Of a DNA stretch of 64,000 bases, positions 9,804-19,682 are shown piece by piece. Position numbers and translations under genes: made by a program. Numbering within the stretch: position 1 is the first letter of the stretch; every line of letters begins with the position of its first letter. The notes beneath the pieces are model-generated. The model was given only the letters and a program-made list of their open reading frames with translations, did no database searches and had not been told where the DNA came from. The DNA comes from a bacterium (GTDB taxonomy: Bacteria > Patescibacteriota > Minisyncoccia > Moranbacterales > DUUL01), in the NCBI GenBank assembly GCA_018675685.1, contig JABGXP010000014.1, positions 17,288 to 81,287 on the forward strand, read 5' to 3'.

Positions 9804-11021
9804 ATGCAAAAAATAATCACAGACGAAAAGAAGATTGACCAGCTACTTGAACGAGGAGTGGAAAATGTTTTCCCTGACAAGGAAGCTCTAAAGAAAAAGC
9901 TCATGAGTGGTGAGCGGATTCGTTTGTATTGTGGTTATGATCCAACTGCCAATTCGCTTCATATTGGAAATGCCATTACAATCAATAAACTTTCTCAGTT
10001 TCAGGAGTTGGGACATGAAGTTATTTTTTTGGTTGGAGACTTTACCTGTATGATTGGCGATCCAACCGACAAACTAGCGACTAGGAAAAAGATGACACGA
10101 GAAGATGTTTTGGAAAATGCCAAGGACTATCAACTTCAAGCTAGTGGATACCTAGCTTTTGACGGTGAAAATCCAGCTAAAGTAATGTATAACAGTGAGT
10201 GGAATGACAAATTGACTTTCAAGGAGCTTATTGAGCTTTCTTCGAACTTCACTGTTCAGCAAATGATTCAACGTGATATGTTTCAAAATCGCTTAAAGGA
10301 AGAGAAACCAATTCATTTACATGAATTTTTATACCCTCTAACACAAGGATATGACAGTGTGGCAATGGATGTTGATTTGGAAGTTGGCGGAAATGATCAA
10401 ATGTTCAATATGCTTGCCGGGCGAACTTTGCAAAAAGCGGTTAATGACAAAGAGAAGTTCGTTCTAACCCTGAAGCTTTTAGCAGATGACAACGGAAAGA
10501 AAATGGGTAAGAGCGAAGGAAATGCAGTTTTCTTAAATCAATCACCAGAAGATATGTACGGAAAAGTAATGAGCTGGGAAGATGGAGTGATTGTGCGTGC
10601 TCTTGAGCTTTGTACAAAAATTTCAATTTCTGAAATTGAAGAAATCACAGAAGCTTTGAAGGACGATAAAAATAATCCACGAGATCAAAAAATGCGATTA
10701 GCTTTTGAATTGGTTAAGATTAATTGTGGTGAAAAAGAAGCACAAAGAGCGCAAGAACATTTTGTGCGTACAATTCAAAAAGGTGAAGCTCCAGAGGATG
10801 TTATTGAAATTCAATTAGCGGTTGGAATAAAACTTTTGCAGGTTTTGGTTGACGAAAAAATGGCAGAAAGCGGAGGAGATGCAAAACGAAAAATCAAACA
10901 AGGGGGAGTGAAGCTCGATGACATTGTTGTGAATAATTTGCAAAAAGAAATTGCAGCTGAGGACAATGGAAGAATTCTGAAAGTAGGGAAAAGAGACTTT
11001 AGAAAGATTTTAGTGAAATAG
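9804..11021 (+). CDS. tyrS: Tyrosine--tRNA ligase
   Basis: GYDPTANSLHIGN, YPLTQGYD, GGNDQ, KMGKS, C-terminal S4 domain. Confidence 0.97.
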   Translation: MQKIITDEKKIDQLLERGVENVFPDKEALKKKLMSGERIRLYCGYDPTANSLHIGNAITINKLSQFQELGHEVIFLVGDFTCMIGDPTDKLATRKKMTREDVLENAKDYQLQASGYLAFDGENPAKVMYNSEWNDKLTFKELIELSSNFTVQQMIQRDMFQNRLKEEKPIHLHEFLYPLTQGYDSVAMDVDLEVGGNDQMFNMLAGRTLQKAVNDKEKFVLTLKLLADDNGKKMGKSEGNAVFLNQSPEDMYGKVMSWEDGVIVRALELCTKISISEIEEITEALKDDKNNPRDQKMRLAFELVKINCGEKEAQRAQEHFVRTIQKGEAPEDVIEIQLAVGIKLLQVLVDEKMAESGGDAKRKIKQGGVKLDDIVVNNLQKEIAAEDNGRILKVGKRDFRKILVK

Positions 11022-11107
11022 CACCTCGGGCTTAAGTTTTTCGGAGAAAAAACTTAAAATATAATTAAAAAACTGGCTTAAAATAACAAATAGTTATAGT
11101 TCAAATT

Positions 11108-12154
11108 ATGCAAAAAGAAACAATTGAAAAACTTAGAGAAACTGCAACCGGTGAATTAGAAAAAGCGAATTCATTAAATTCCCTTGAAGAGTTGAGGGTG
11201 AAATATTTGGGTCGGAAAAGTGAGTTTATCGGAATTTTACGTGGTTTGAAGGACCTAAGTGTTGAAGATAAGAAAGTTATTGGCCCTTTAGCTAATCAGG
11301 CTAAGATTGAAATCGAGTCAGGAATTCAAACAAAAATAACTTTTATTGAACAGCAAGAAAATGATGCGAAGGAATGGATTGATGTCACTCTCCCAGGCGA
11401 AAAAGAGAGAGTTGGTTCCATGCACGTGATTTCTCAAATTCAAAAGGAAATTGAAGACATTTTTATTTCTATGGGATTTGAAATTGGCGATGGTCCAGAA
11501 ATTGAAACAGAATGGTATAATTTTACAGCGCTAAATGTTCCAGCCGATCATCCAGCACGGGATATGCAAGATACTTTTTGGCTGAAACAGTCGCAGAAAA
11601 ACGAAAATAATAAAGAGGAGAAAATTTTACCAAGAACACAGCTTTCTCCGGATCAAATTCATTACATGCAATCACACACGCCTCCATTTAGAGTGATTGT
11701 ACCAGGGCGGGTATATCGAAATGAATCGACTGATGCAACACACGAACATACCTTTCATCAATTTGAAGCACTAGTTGTGGGGGAGGATATTTCGGTGGCA
11801 AACTTTAAGAGTATTGCACAAACATTTTTTTCAAAATTCTTTGGAAAAGAGCTCGAGATTCGTCTTCGACCGGGATACTTTCCTTTTACGGAACCTAGTT
11901 TCGAGTTTGATATTTCTTGTACAGTTTGTGGCGGTCAGGGTTGTCGATCTTGTAAAAACACAGGTTGGCTCGAAGTTGGTGGATGCGGAATGGTTAATCA
12001 ACGTGTTTTTGAGAATGCTGGATATGAAAGAAACAAATGGCAGGGCTTTGCCTGGGGCTTTGGAATGGAAAGATTAGCTATGATGAAATATAAAGTTGAC
12101 GACATTAGATTGTTTATGAGTGGAGATTTGCGTTTTTTAAGACAGTTTAAATAA
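11108..12154 (+). CDS. pheS: Phenylalanine--tRNA ligase alpha subunit
   Basis: HPARDMQDTF, DATHEHTFHQ, YFPFTEPS, GFAWGFGMERL, DLRFLRQF. Confidence 0.98.
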   Translation: MQKETIEKLRETATGELEKANSLNSLEELRVKYLGRKSEFIGILRGLKDLSVEDKKVIGPLANQAKIEIESGIQTKITFIEQQENDAKEWIDVTLPGEKERVGSMHVISQIQKEIEDIFISMGFEIGDGPEIETEWYNFTALNVPADHPARDMQDTFWLKQSQKNENNKEEKILPRTQLSPDQIHYMQSHTPPFRVIVPGRVYRNESTDATHEHTFHQFEALVVGEDISVANFKSIAQTFFSKFFGKELEIRLRPGYFPFTEPSFEFDISCTVCGGQGCRSCKNTGWLEVGGCGMVNQRVFENAGYERNKWQGFAWGFGMERLAMMKYKVDDIRLFMSGDLRFLRQFK

Positions 12155-12170
12155 AAACTAAAATAAAAAA

Positions 12171-13229
12171 ATGAATCAAGAAAATCTTTCCAAAAGAATT
12201 AATCAACCGGAAAATGTCTCTAAAGAGAAAAGCAATCCGGCATTTCATCTTTTTCTCTATTTGGTATCATTTTTGTCACTTAGTTTTTTAGTTGCAGGAA
12301 TTTTGATTTCAATTCACCAAGCAATTAACAAGTTCATCCCCGATTCATTGGATTCTAGCTATTTTGATAATGATGCGATTAAATTTGGCTTATCTGCACT
12401 TATTGTGACGATTCCACTTTATTATGGAATTTTATTTTTATTGAACAGGAAACTTGAAAGAAAAGAAATTCCAGCCGACTCCTTGGTACGAAAAACCATC
12501 ACATATTTAGCATTAGTTGCTTTCTCAGCAATGGCAATTGGGAGTCTCGTTTCAATTATGTATAGTTATTTTGACGGTGAAATAACAACCAGATTTGTGC
12601 TTAAGGCACTTTCTTTTTTGTTTGTTTCCACTTTCTTCTTTGGCTTTTATTTTTGGGAAATCAGACGTTCGGAATTTTTCAAGAGCATGTTTATGAACTT
12701 TTTCATAGCTTCTATAGTGATCGCTCTGGCTTCAATGGTTCTGGGATTTTTTGTTATTGATAATCCAACGACAGCTAGGAATAAAAGAATTGACAATGAG
12801 CTGATTCAAAATATGAGCGATGCTGGTAGGAAGATCAATTTAGAATTTAAGGGGCAAGATGAATTTAATCAAGGTCTTTCAGTAAGACAATCCCAACGTG
12901 ATAAAATGATTTTGGAAATGGCTAAGAATGGAAATACTCCAGAAGAAATTGAAAAGGTTGTAAATAAGTTTTATGGGGGAGACATGATCGGAAAGTTGCC
13001 AACTAATCAGGAAATGAACGGAAAAATTGATAAGAATGTTGTCTATAAGACAAAAGAGGGAAGTTTCTATGAGTTATGTGGGGATTTTAAAATAGAAAAT
13101 AAAACAGGTGGCAACAACTGGAATTCAAATGGAGATAAATGGGCTCATCCAGCTGGAAATCATTGTTTTGTATTTGATGCAAAAGACAATGCATACAATA
13201 ATTATCCAATTCAAATGAAAGTTAATTAG
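12171..13229 (+). CDS. DUF5671-like membrane protein
   Basis: FLYLVSFLSL..., LIVTIPLY, GEITTRFVLK, P..AR..R.D, YELC..F..W.HPAG.HCF pattern. Confidence 0.7.
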   Translation: MNQENLSKRINQPENVSKEKSNPAFHLFLYLVSFLSLSFLVAGILISIHQAINKFIPDSLDSSYFDNDAIKFGLSALIVTIPLYYGILFLLNRKLERKEIPADSLVRKTITYLALVAFSAMAIGSLVSIMYSYFDGEITTRFVLKALSFLFVSTFFFGFYFWEIRRSEFFKSMFMNFFIASIVIALASMVLGFFVIDNPTTARNKRIDNELIQNMSDAGRKINLEFKGQDEFNQGLSVRQSQRDKMILEMAKNGNTPEEIEKVVNKFYGGDMIGKLPTNQEMNGKIDKNVVYKTKEGSFYELCGDFKIENKTGGNNWNSNGDKWAHPAGNHCFVFDAKDNAYNNYPIQMKVN

Positions 13230-13260
13230 TTTCTAAGATATAATAAATTTAGTTTTAATT

Positions 13261-15648
13261 ATGAAATATTCCTATAAGTGGTTAAAAGAGTTAAGTGGAA
13301 CAAAGAAGAGTTCTAAAGATTTAATGGAGATGGTTGGACTTAAGGGTTTTGAACTAGAAGGCTCCGAAGAATTTGCAAAGAGATATGACAAATTTATAGT
13401 GGGTGAAATTTTAGAATTTCATCAACATCCGAATGCTGATAATTTGAGACTTGTTAGGGTTGGGCTTGGTAAGGAAGAAGAGACCCAAGTTGTCTGTGGT
13501 GCTACTAATTTTGAAGTTTGGGATAAAATCCCCGTTGCTCTTATTGGAGCTGTTGTGCCAAAGAGTAAGATGAAGATTGAAAAGGTTAAACTCAGGGATG
13601 AATTTTCTGAAGGGATGCTTTGTTCGGAGGATGAACTGGAATTAGGAAAAGACAGTGGAGGGATTATGATTTTAGATGAAAAATTAAAAGTAGGAACGCC
13701 AATCGTAGAAGCACTGGAGTTGGATGATGTTATTATCGATTTTGATGTGTTACCAAACCGTGCCCATGATTGCTTGAGTCACATTGGAATGGCACGAGAA
13801 ATCTCTGTAATGGAGGGATCTAAAATGAACGACGCATACATAAAACTTCCGAATGAAATATCCAGTGACGGAATTGAGATTGATATACAAAATCGAGAAG
13901 CTTGCCCAAGGTATATCGGAGCGATTTTGGACAATATAGTTATTGGGCCATCTCCAAGATGGATGCAATTACGCTTAATTGCTAGTGGTATGGAGCCAAT
14001 AAATAATATTGTTGATATCACGAATTATGTAATGCTCGAAACAGGAAGTCCCTTGCATGCATTTGATTTTAATAACATCGCTAATAGTGATGGTCTAGTG
14101 AAAATTATCGTGAGGAATGCAGTAGGTGACGAGAAAATGATGCTATTAGACGGGAAGGAAATTGAGTTAGACGAGAATGATCTTTTAATTACTAATGAAA
14201 AGCAAGGCTTGGCGCTGGCTGGAGTAAAGGGAGGACTGGATTCAGGAATTGCTATCGGAACAAATAAAATTGTCTTAGAGGCTGCAAATTTCAAGGGTTT
14301 TGACGTGAGGAAAACACGGCAAAGACACGCACTTTCAACTGAAGCGCAAATTCGCTTTGAAAAAGGAATTTCACCAAAACTTGCTGAATATGCAGCAGCA
14401 AGAGCGTTGGAACTTTTAGAAGAATATGCAAATGCTAATGTTGTTGCTATTAGCGATGCTGATTTTTCTAGTAACGATTTGCAAAAACAAATCTTTAAAT
14501 TTGATTACACACGAAGACTCTTAGGGGAACACGTTGCAAATGATAAGATGAGTGAAATTATTTCAAATCTTGGATTTAAGATTGAGAGCGAAGACGAGGA
14601 AGGGTTCGAAGCAAGTGTGCCATTTTGGCGCTTGGACATTGAGGGAAGCGCTGATTTAGTTGAAGAGGTTGGAAGAATTGTTGGTTATGGCAATATTAAA
14701 GAGGTTCCAATTATTGAAAATATTGCGCCAGCAAACATCAATAAGTCACGAGTATTTGAATGGGAGTTAATCAGACAAATGAATGGACTTGGATTTGATG
14801 AGGCTAGACTTTATTCTTTTTATAGCAAAAAAGACGCAGAAAACTGTGGAATTGATACCGATCATTTTGAAATAGAGAATCCCTTAAGTGAAGAACTGTC
14901 CTTGATGAGAATCTCTCTTGTCCCTAATTTGCTTAGGAGTGCAAGTGAAAATGCAAAATATCTTGCTGATTTTTCGATTTTTGAATTGGGAAGAGAATAT
15001 CTTAAAAAAGGAGAAGAAAGAGTGGAGCGGAGGAAAATTTCAGGTGTTTATTTTAATATTGCGAAAAAAGATACTGAACTTTTCTATGTCTTAAAAGGTA
15101 AGGTGGCAGCATTATTACAGAAAAACATTGATGGAAAAATTGAGTTTATTGTCCCTTTAAACTGGAGTAATGGAATTTACCATCAAACAAGGACTGCGGA
15201 GATTATTGTTAATGGTGATAAAGTTGGAATCTTGGGGCAGGTTAACAAGGCTGTAGCTAGGAAGTTTAGTATCAAGAAGCCCGTTGTTGTTTTTGAGATT
15301 GATATTGAGAAAATTGCACTGGCAGTGAATAGCGAAAAGATTTTTCAGCAAATTGAAAAATTCCCAGTAGTTCTTCGTGATTTATCAATGTTTATTGACT
15401 CAAAGAGACAATCATCTGAAATTGTGAAGATAATTGAAATAGCTTCAGGCGAAAGCTTGAAGGAGATTGAATTATTTGATGTTTACGATGACAAGGATAA
15501 TAATAGAAAGTCTTTAGCGTTTCATTTAGCGTTTAGCAAGAAAAATGCTACACTTGAAAGTGAAGAAGTCGACATTGTGATGAATAAAATTATCTTAGCC
15601 CTTGAAAAAGAAAAAGTTCAAGTTAGAAAGAAAGAAGAACAAAGTTAA
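13261..15648 (+). CDS. pheT: Phenylalanine--tRNA ligase beta subunit
   Basis: SYKWLKE, HPNADNL, SEGMLCS, PNRAHDCLS, INNIVDITNYVM, RLDI..DLVEEVGRI, FDX-ACB (FP...RDLS). Confidence 0.97.
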   Translation: MKYSYKWLKELSGTKKSSKDLMEMVGLKGFELEGSEEFAKRYDKFIVGEILEFHQHPNADNLRLVRVGLGKEEETQVVCGATNFEVWDKIPVALIGAVVPKSKMKIEKVKLRDEFSEGMLCSEDELELGKDSGGIMILDEKLKVGTPIVEALELDDVIIDFDVLPNRAHDCLSHIGMAREISVMEGSKMNDAYIKLPNEISSDGIEIDIQNREACPRYIGAILDNIVIGPSPRWMQLRLIASGMEPINNIVDITNYVMLETGSPLHAFDFNNIANSDGLVKIIVRNAVGDEKMMLLDGKEIELDENDLLITNEKQGLALAGVKGGLDSGIAIGTNKIVLEAANFKGFDVRKTRQRHALSTEAQIRFEKGISPKLAEYAAARALELLEEYANANVVAISDADFSSNDLQKQIFKFDYTRRLLGEHVANDKMSEIISNLGFKIESEDEEGFEASVPFWRLDIEGSADLVEEVGRIVGYGNIKEVPIIENIAPANINKSRVFEWELIRQMNGLGFDEARLYSFYSKKDAENCGIDTDHFEIENPLSEELSLMRISLVPNLLRSASENAKYLADFSIFELGREYLKKGEERVERRKISGVYFNIAKKDTELFYVLKGKVAALLQKNIDGKIEFIVPLNWSNGIYHQTRTAEIIVNGDKVGILGQVNKAVARKFSIKKPVVVFEIDIEKIALAVNSEKIFQQIEKFPVVLRDLSMFIDSKRQSSEIVKIIEIASGESLKEIELFDVYDDKDNNRKSLAFHLAFSKKNATLESEEVDIVMNKIILALEKEKVQVRKKEEQS

Positions 15649-15724
15649 AAGTAATTTCTTAAAAAAGACAGCTAGGGGTTCTGCTAAATTTGCAATTAAT
15701 TGTCATTTGAGAAAATTCTCTAAT

Positions 15725-16957
15725 ATGAAAAATAAAAAAAGAAAACACGAAAAAGATTCCTATAACACCATTGAAGAGGCTGTAGCGGCTATCTTCCTTA
15801 ATAAAAAAGATCGAAAAAGAATGTTTTCAGTTCTTTTTTCGCTGTCTTTGGTTGGAGCTTTGATCGTTCTGACTGGGACACACTTTCTCTTGAAACAGCA
15901 AGCGGTGATAGATCAGAATAGCGATATTGATTGGAAGAACCAGCATACATTTGCTAGGCAGTTGAAGGGTAAAACAGAGCTGATCGGTGATGATGAAAGT
16001 CAGGAAAAAAATCAAAGCAGTGAGGTGGATAAAGAGGAATACATTCAAAACAGTTTTAAGAATGATACATTAGAGGTATTTTTCTTAGGAGATTTAATGC
16101 TCGATCGTTACAATAGGGAGCTAATGGAACGAAAGGGAGACGGATGGATGACAGAAAGAGTCCGACATTTATTTTTGGAGAAGGACTTAAATGTTGCAAA
16201 CTTGGAAGGTCCAGTAACAACGGATCAATCTGTTTCTGTGGGATCCGAGGAAGGTGTGAAGAATAACTTTATTTTTACATTTGACCCAGACGGAACTAGA
16301 AACTTTCTTCAAGATAACAAAATTAATCTTGTTAATTTAGGAAATAATCATATTTTGAATTTTGGTAAAAAAGGCTTCACTCAGACGAAAAAATTCCTAT
16401 CTCAAAATAACTTTGGATATTTTGGAGATATCAGTGGTGAAGACGATATTTTTATTGAAAAAAATATCAATGGAATAAAAGTCGCCTTTATTAGTTATAA
16501 TCAATTCAGTGGAAATGGTTTCGATGAAATTAAAAGAAAGGTAGAGGATTTGGAAAAACTAAATGATCTGACTATTGTCTATGCTCATTGGGGGAGTGAA
16601 TATGAGCTAGAGGAGAATAAGCAGCAAAGAGAAGAAGCCCATGAATTTATTGATGCAGGAGCTGACCTTATCATTGGCTCTCATCCACATGTAGTTCAGC
16701 CCGTTGAAATGTATAATAAAAGGGCCATTTTTTATTCTTTAGGCAATTTTATTTTCGATCAATATTTTTCAGAAGATACGATGGTTGGATTGGGAGTGAA
16801 TGTTTCTATAGCAAAAACTAAAGAGCTGGATTTCACTCTTACCCCATTGCAATTGCAAAGAAATGGACAAGTTGATTTTGCAACCGATGAGCAAGAGAAT
16901 AAACTATTGAATAGAATTTTAAAGTCCAAAGAGACTAGAGCTGAAATGTCTTTGTAA
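15725..16957 (+). CDS. CapA/PgsA-family metallophosphoesterase-fold protein, membrane anchored
   Basis: GDLMLDR, NLEGP, NLGNNH, HWGSEY, GSHPHVVQ, YSLGNFIFDQ; N-terminal TM; ATG at 15725. Confidence 0.9.
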   Translation: MKNKKRKHEKDSYNTIEEAVAAIFLNKKDRKRMFSVLFSLSLVGALIVLTGTHFLLKQQAVIDQNSDIDWKNQHTFARQLKGKTELIGDDESQEKNQSSEVDKEEYIQNSFKNDTLEVFFLGDLMLDRYNRELMERKGDGWMTERVRHLFLEKDLNVANLEGPVTTDQSVSVGSEEGVKNNFIFTFDPDGTRNFLQDNKINLVNLGNNHILNFGKKGFTQTKKFLSQNNFGYFGDISGEDDIFIEKNINGIKVAFISYNQFSGNGFDEIKRKVEDLEKLNDLTIVYAHWGSEYELEENKQQREEAHEFIDAGADLIIGSHPHVVQPVEMYNKRAIFYSLGNFIFDQYFSEDTMVGLGVNVSIAKTKELDFTLTPLQLQRNGQVDFATDEQENKLLNRILKSKETRAEMSL

Positions 16958-17037
16958 CCCTTGTTTTTATAGCCAGAAAATCGATGACTACAGAATTTTC
17001 TGGGCCATTTTTTTTATAGCAACTCTTATTTTTGATA

Positions 17038-17075
17038 AAAAAAGGTCTTCGCCAGGAGGATTTCCGGCGAAGACC
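17038..17075 (-). terminator. Rho-independent terminator of the 17158-17637 gene
   Basis: GGTCTTCGCC...GGCGAAGACC 10-bp GC-rich stem followed by a U-tract on the minus strand. Confidence 0.8.
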
Positions 17076-17157
17076 AGGTTCGGGACTTCAGATGATGATT
17101 GGTTGTATTGTGTTTGGTGGTTTGTTTTTAAATCCGCCGACCCAAGCTGGCTCCAGT

Positions 17158-17637
17158 CTAGGCTGCGGCGATCTGGATGGTTTCAAACCCAAAGGCGTAG
17201 GCGATGGTAGCAACAATTTCGGCAGGTGCCAACCCTCTTTTTTTACCGGTGCTCACTGCGCCAGGTTCATTATCCCTTGTCGTCTGCAAAAGCAAGATAC
17301 TGTCTACCATGATGACTGTCATAAGGTTTGCGTTGTCAGTCATGGAAAAGTTCGCGACAAAATCATTGGTGGAATTCGTAGCTCCAGCCTCTGGAATGTC
17401 CACGGCCTGTGCATCGGCAACTGTTGTCATCAGCGTATTTAAAGAAGAGTCACTTCCGGATAGAGTGGGATTCGTAAGCCCAGCCCCAACACCGGCAGAG
17501 TCAATGGTAAACATAACAGGCGTGTATGCTTTTGCATCCATTTCATCAATGGAGGACGCGATAGCAACACTAAATGAAGTGATCAGGAAAACAAGTGCGA
17601 TACCAAGAGGCATCAGGAATTTGCCAAGCTTTTTCAT
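17158..17637 (-). CDS. Orphan secreted protein
   Basis: GGAGG SD upstream of ATG 17637; MKKLGKFL..signal peptide ending AIA; own promoter and terminator. Confidence 0.7.
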   Translation of the reverse strand: MKKLGKFLMPLGIALVFLITSFSVAIASSIDEMDAKAYTPVMFTIDSAGVGAGLTNPTLSGSDSSLNTLMTTVADAQAVDIPEAGATNSTNDFVANFSMTDNANLMTVIMVDSILLLQTTRDNEPGAVSTGKKRGLAPAEIVATIAYAFGFETIQIAAA

Positions 17638-17727
17638 GGGCAAAACCTCCTTTGTTTTCTGTGCGGTTAACATTTTTTGAAAATACGATTGCCAAAAAAA
17701 TACATCATCTCTGAAAAGAACCATTTC

Positions 17728-17758
17728 TATATAAGCATATTTTTTATTACGCTGTCAA
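17728..17758 (-). promoter_or_regulatory. sigma70-type promoter of orphan gene
   Basis: TTGACA (17758-17753), 18-19 nt spacer, TGCT-TATATA. Confidence 0.55.
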
Positions 17759-17772
17759 GAAAGTGGCTATTT

Positions 17773-17816
17773 AAAAAAAGAGGCACTCCCGTCGTGATAT
17801 TTTCGACAAGAGTGCC
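17773..17816 (-). terminator. Rho-independent terminator of the 17910-18275 gene
   Basis: GGCACTC..GTCG...CGAC..GAGTGCC stem, U-tract on the minus strand. Confidence 0.7.
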
Positions 17817-17909
17817 AACGGTTCTTCGTGACAGTTTCCATTGCGAACCCATGTTCGCTTTTAATATACTTATTCCACTTTACAGTTCAACGTACTATTT
17901 TGCTTCAGA

Positions 17910-18275
17910 TCAGATGTCAATGATCTTGGGCTTTTTTGGACAAATCCAGGCTTCAGACTCACTTTCAGGATCCATTTCAGAATTACCAGGTTCTTGAAGA
18001 AAAAGTTTTCTAACTTGGAATCGTCCCAGATTCACCTCATCTGCTTCAATGACCAAATCTGCATTGCGGATCAAACCAGACCACATCGGCTCACTCAAAT
18101 CATTTTCATCTACAACGCTGTTTACTGTCGAGGTATTTGCCCCATCATTCAACAGGTCGTGTGCAGAAATAGCTTTTGAATCACCAAAAACTTGTTGTGG
18201 TTTGGAGTTGGTGTTACCAACGGAACTAAAATAAAACAGTGTGACTACAATGGCCACGATTAGAGTTATTTTCAA
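17910..18275 (-). CDS. Orphan secreted/membrane-anchored protein
   Basis: AAGGAG SD upstream of TTG start; hydrophobic N-terminus; own promoter and terminator. Confidence 0.65.
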   Translation of the reverse strand: MKITLIVAIVVTLFYFSSVGNTNSKPQQVFGDSKAISAHDLLNDGANTSTVNSVVDENDLSEPMWSGLIRNADLVIEADEVNLGRFQVRKLFLQEPGNSEMDPESESEAWICPKKPKIIDI

Positions 18276-18337
18276 GGTTGTACTCCTTTCCCTTACTAAA
18301 GGGTCTTAAACCGCCAAATGTGAAGAACCGTTAGATT

Positions 18338-18367
18338 AATTTAAGCATTACTCTTTGATTTTGTCAA
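18338..18367 (-). promoter_or_regulatory. sigma70-type promoter of orphan gene
   Basis: TTGACA (18367-18362), 17-18 nt spacer, TGCT-TAAATT. Confidence 0.55.
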
Positions 18368-18435
18368 TAGTTTATAAAAAAGAAGGATACTATATAATTA
18401 GAAGAGTGAGTTTAAGATGTTTAAAAGTCAAAAGG

Positions 18436-19128
18436 ATGGATTTGCCAAAAATTATTGTTGAGAAGGAACTTGCAGAAAAAGGAGTGAAGATTGTACTTGG
18501 AGTTGATGAGGTAGGTAGGGGCCCGTTAGCAGGACCAGTTGTTGCTGCTGCAGCTTGGGTCAACCCTTTGTTTTTGGAGAAAGATTTTGAGAAAAGAAAC
18601 TTAGTCCGTGATAGTAAGAAATTGAGTGAAAAACAAAGAGCTGAAATTTGTGAATATATCCTAAAGAGTGACGATTTCGTGATAGGGATTGGAGAGGTAT
18701 CTCACAGAACAGTTGATAAAATCAACATATTAAATGCTTCATTACTCGCAATGAAGATTGCAGTTGAAGACGTGATGGAAAAATTTGACCAAACAAATCA
18801 CTTTTCAAAGCAGACTGAAAATCTAAAGAGCTGTTTATTGGTAGATGGGAATCGTGAAATTCCTAAAATGAAAATGAAGCAAAGATTGTTTTCGAAAGGT
18901 GACGCTAGAATTTTTTCAATCGCTGCAGCCTCTATTTGCGCTAAAGTTTATCGCGATGAATTGATGCAAGAGTATCACAAAAAATGGCCTCGTTTTGGTT
19001 TTGATACCCACAAGGGGTATGGAACTAAAAAACATATGGATGCTTTGCAAAAAGTTGGTCTGTGTCAAATCCATAGAAAAAGCTTTGGTCCAGTGAAAGA
19101 TCTACTAACAGAGGCCCTGAAGCCTTAA
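18436..19128 (+). CDS. rnhB: Ribonuclease HII
   Basis: GVDEVGRGPLAGPV, DSKKL, LVDGN, KGD, IAAASI.AKV.RD, HKGYGT, HRKSF. Confidence 0.97.
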   Translation: MDLPKIIVEKELAEKGVKIVLGVDEVGRGPLAGPVVAAAAWVNPLFLEKDFEKRNLVRDSKKLSEKQRAEICEYILKSDDFVIGIGEVSHRTVDKINILNASLLAMKIAVEDVMEKFDQTNHFSKQTENLKSCLLVDGNREIPKMKMKQRLFSKGDARIFSIAAASICAKVYRDELMQEYHKKWPRFGFDTHKGYGTKKHMDALQKVGLCQIHRKSFGPVKDLLTEALKP

Positions 19129-19162
19129 AAGGTAATAAAAAAACACTAAAAAGTGTTTTGTG

Positions 19163-19246
19163 TGCCTCGGGAGAGAATCGAACTCTCACAGTATCACTAC
19201 TACACGATTTTGAGTCGTGCGCGTCTACCAATTCCGCCACCGAGGC
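19163..19246 (-). tRNA. tRNA-Leu(CAA)
   Basis: GCCTCGG acceptor stem, GGAATTGGTAGAC D-arm, CACGA-CTCAAAA-TCGTG anticodon arm, long variable arm, GTTCGATTC T-loop; no encoded CCA. Confidence 0.96.
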
Positions 19247-19414
19247 ATTGCAATCTAAACCTAATAATATACAAGCAGAGTGATTCTGTCAATTCTCCTA
19301 AAAGGTAAGTTTCTAGTATTGCAAAAAGCATTTCTTTGTGTTATTGTGGGTGCAGTCCAAAAGTGACTTTTGGGCATTCTTAGTTATTATGGATAAAAAG
19401 TTTAAGTTAAAGTA

Positions 19415-19627
19415 ATGGCAGTACCAAAGCAAAGGCATAACAGAAGTCGAACACGAAGAAGACGAGGCGGACATGACAAACAAAAAGCTATTTCTTTTGT
19501 TAAATGTTCTAATTGTGAAAAGGAGATCGAAGCACACAAGCTTTGCCCTTTTTGTGGTTCATTTAAAGGCAGAGAGGTTGTAAATATGACAGCCAAAGTA
19601 AAAAAAGTCGAAAAGAGCGATAAATAA
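19415..19627 (+). CDS. rpmF: 50S ribosomal protein L32
   Basis: MAVPKQR..RSR..RRR, CxxC...HxxCxxCG zinc ribbon. Confidence 0.96.
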   Translation: MAVPKQRHNRSRTRRRRGGHDKQKAISFVKCSNCEKEIEAHKLCPFCGSFKGREVVNMTAKVKKVEKSDK

Positions 19628-19682
19628 AACTTTTTTTCTTGTTTCTTTTAAAATTTTATATTTGCGTTAACACAAATCAACT

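Noticed and set aside
7781-11107. T-box leaders upstream of alaS, tyrS or pheS
   Set aside because: No GGTGG-ACC T-box motif, and the intergenic gaps are too short.
6331-15686. TAGCAGAACCC at 6331 and its reverse complement near 15676 as possible IS ends
   Set aside because: Isolated 11-mer matches are expected by chance in 64 kb; there is no positional logic and they enclose core genes.
17032-17997. Plus-strand ORFs 17032-17442, 17204-17680 and 17677-17997
   Set aside because: Antisense shadows. The minus-strand ORFs have the SD, signal peptide, promoter and terminator, and two of the + ORFs run through terminator hairpins.
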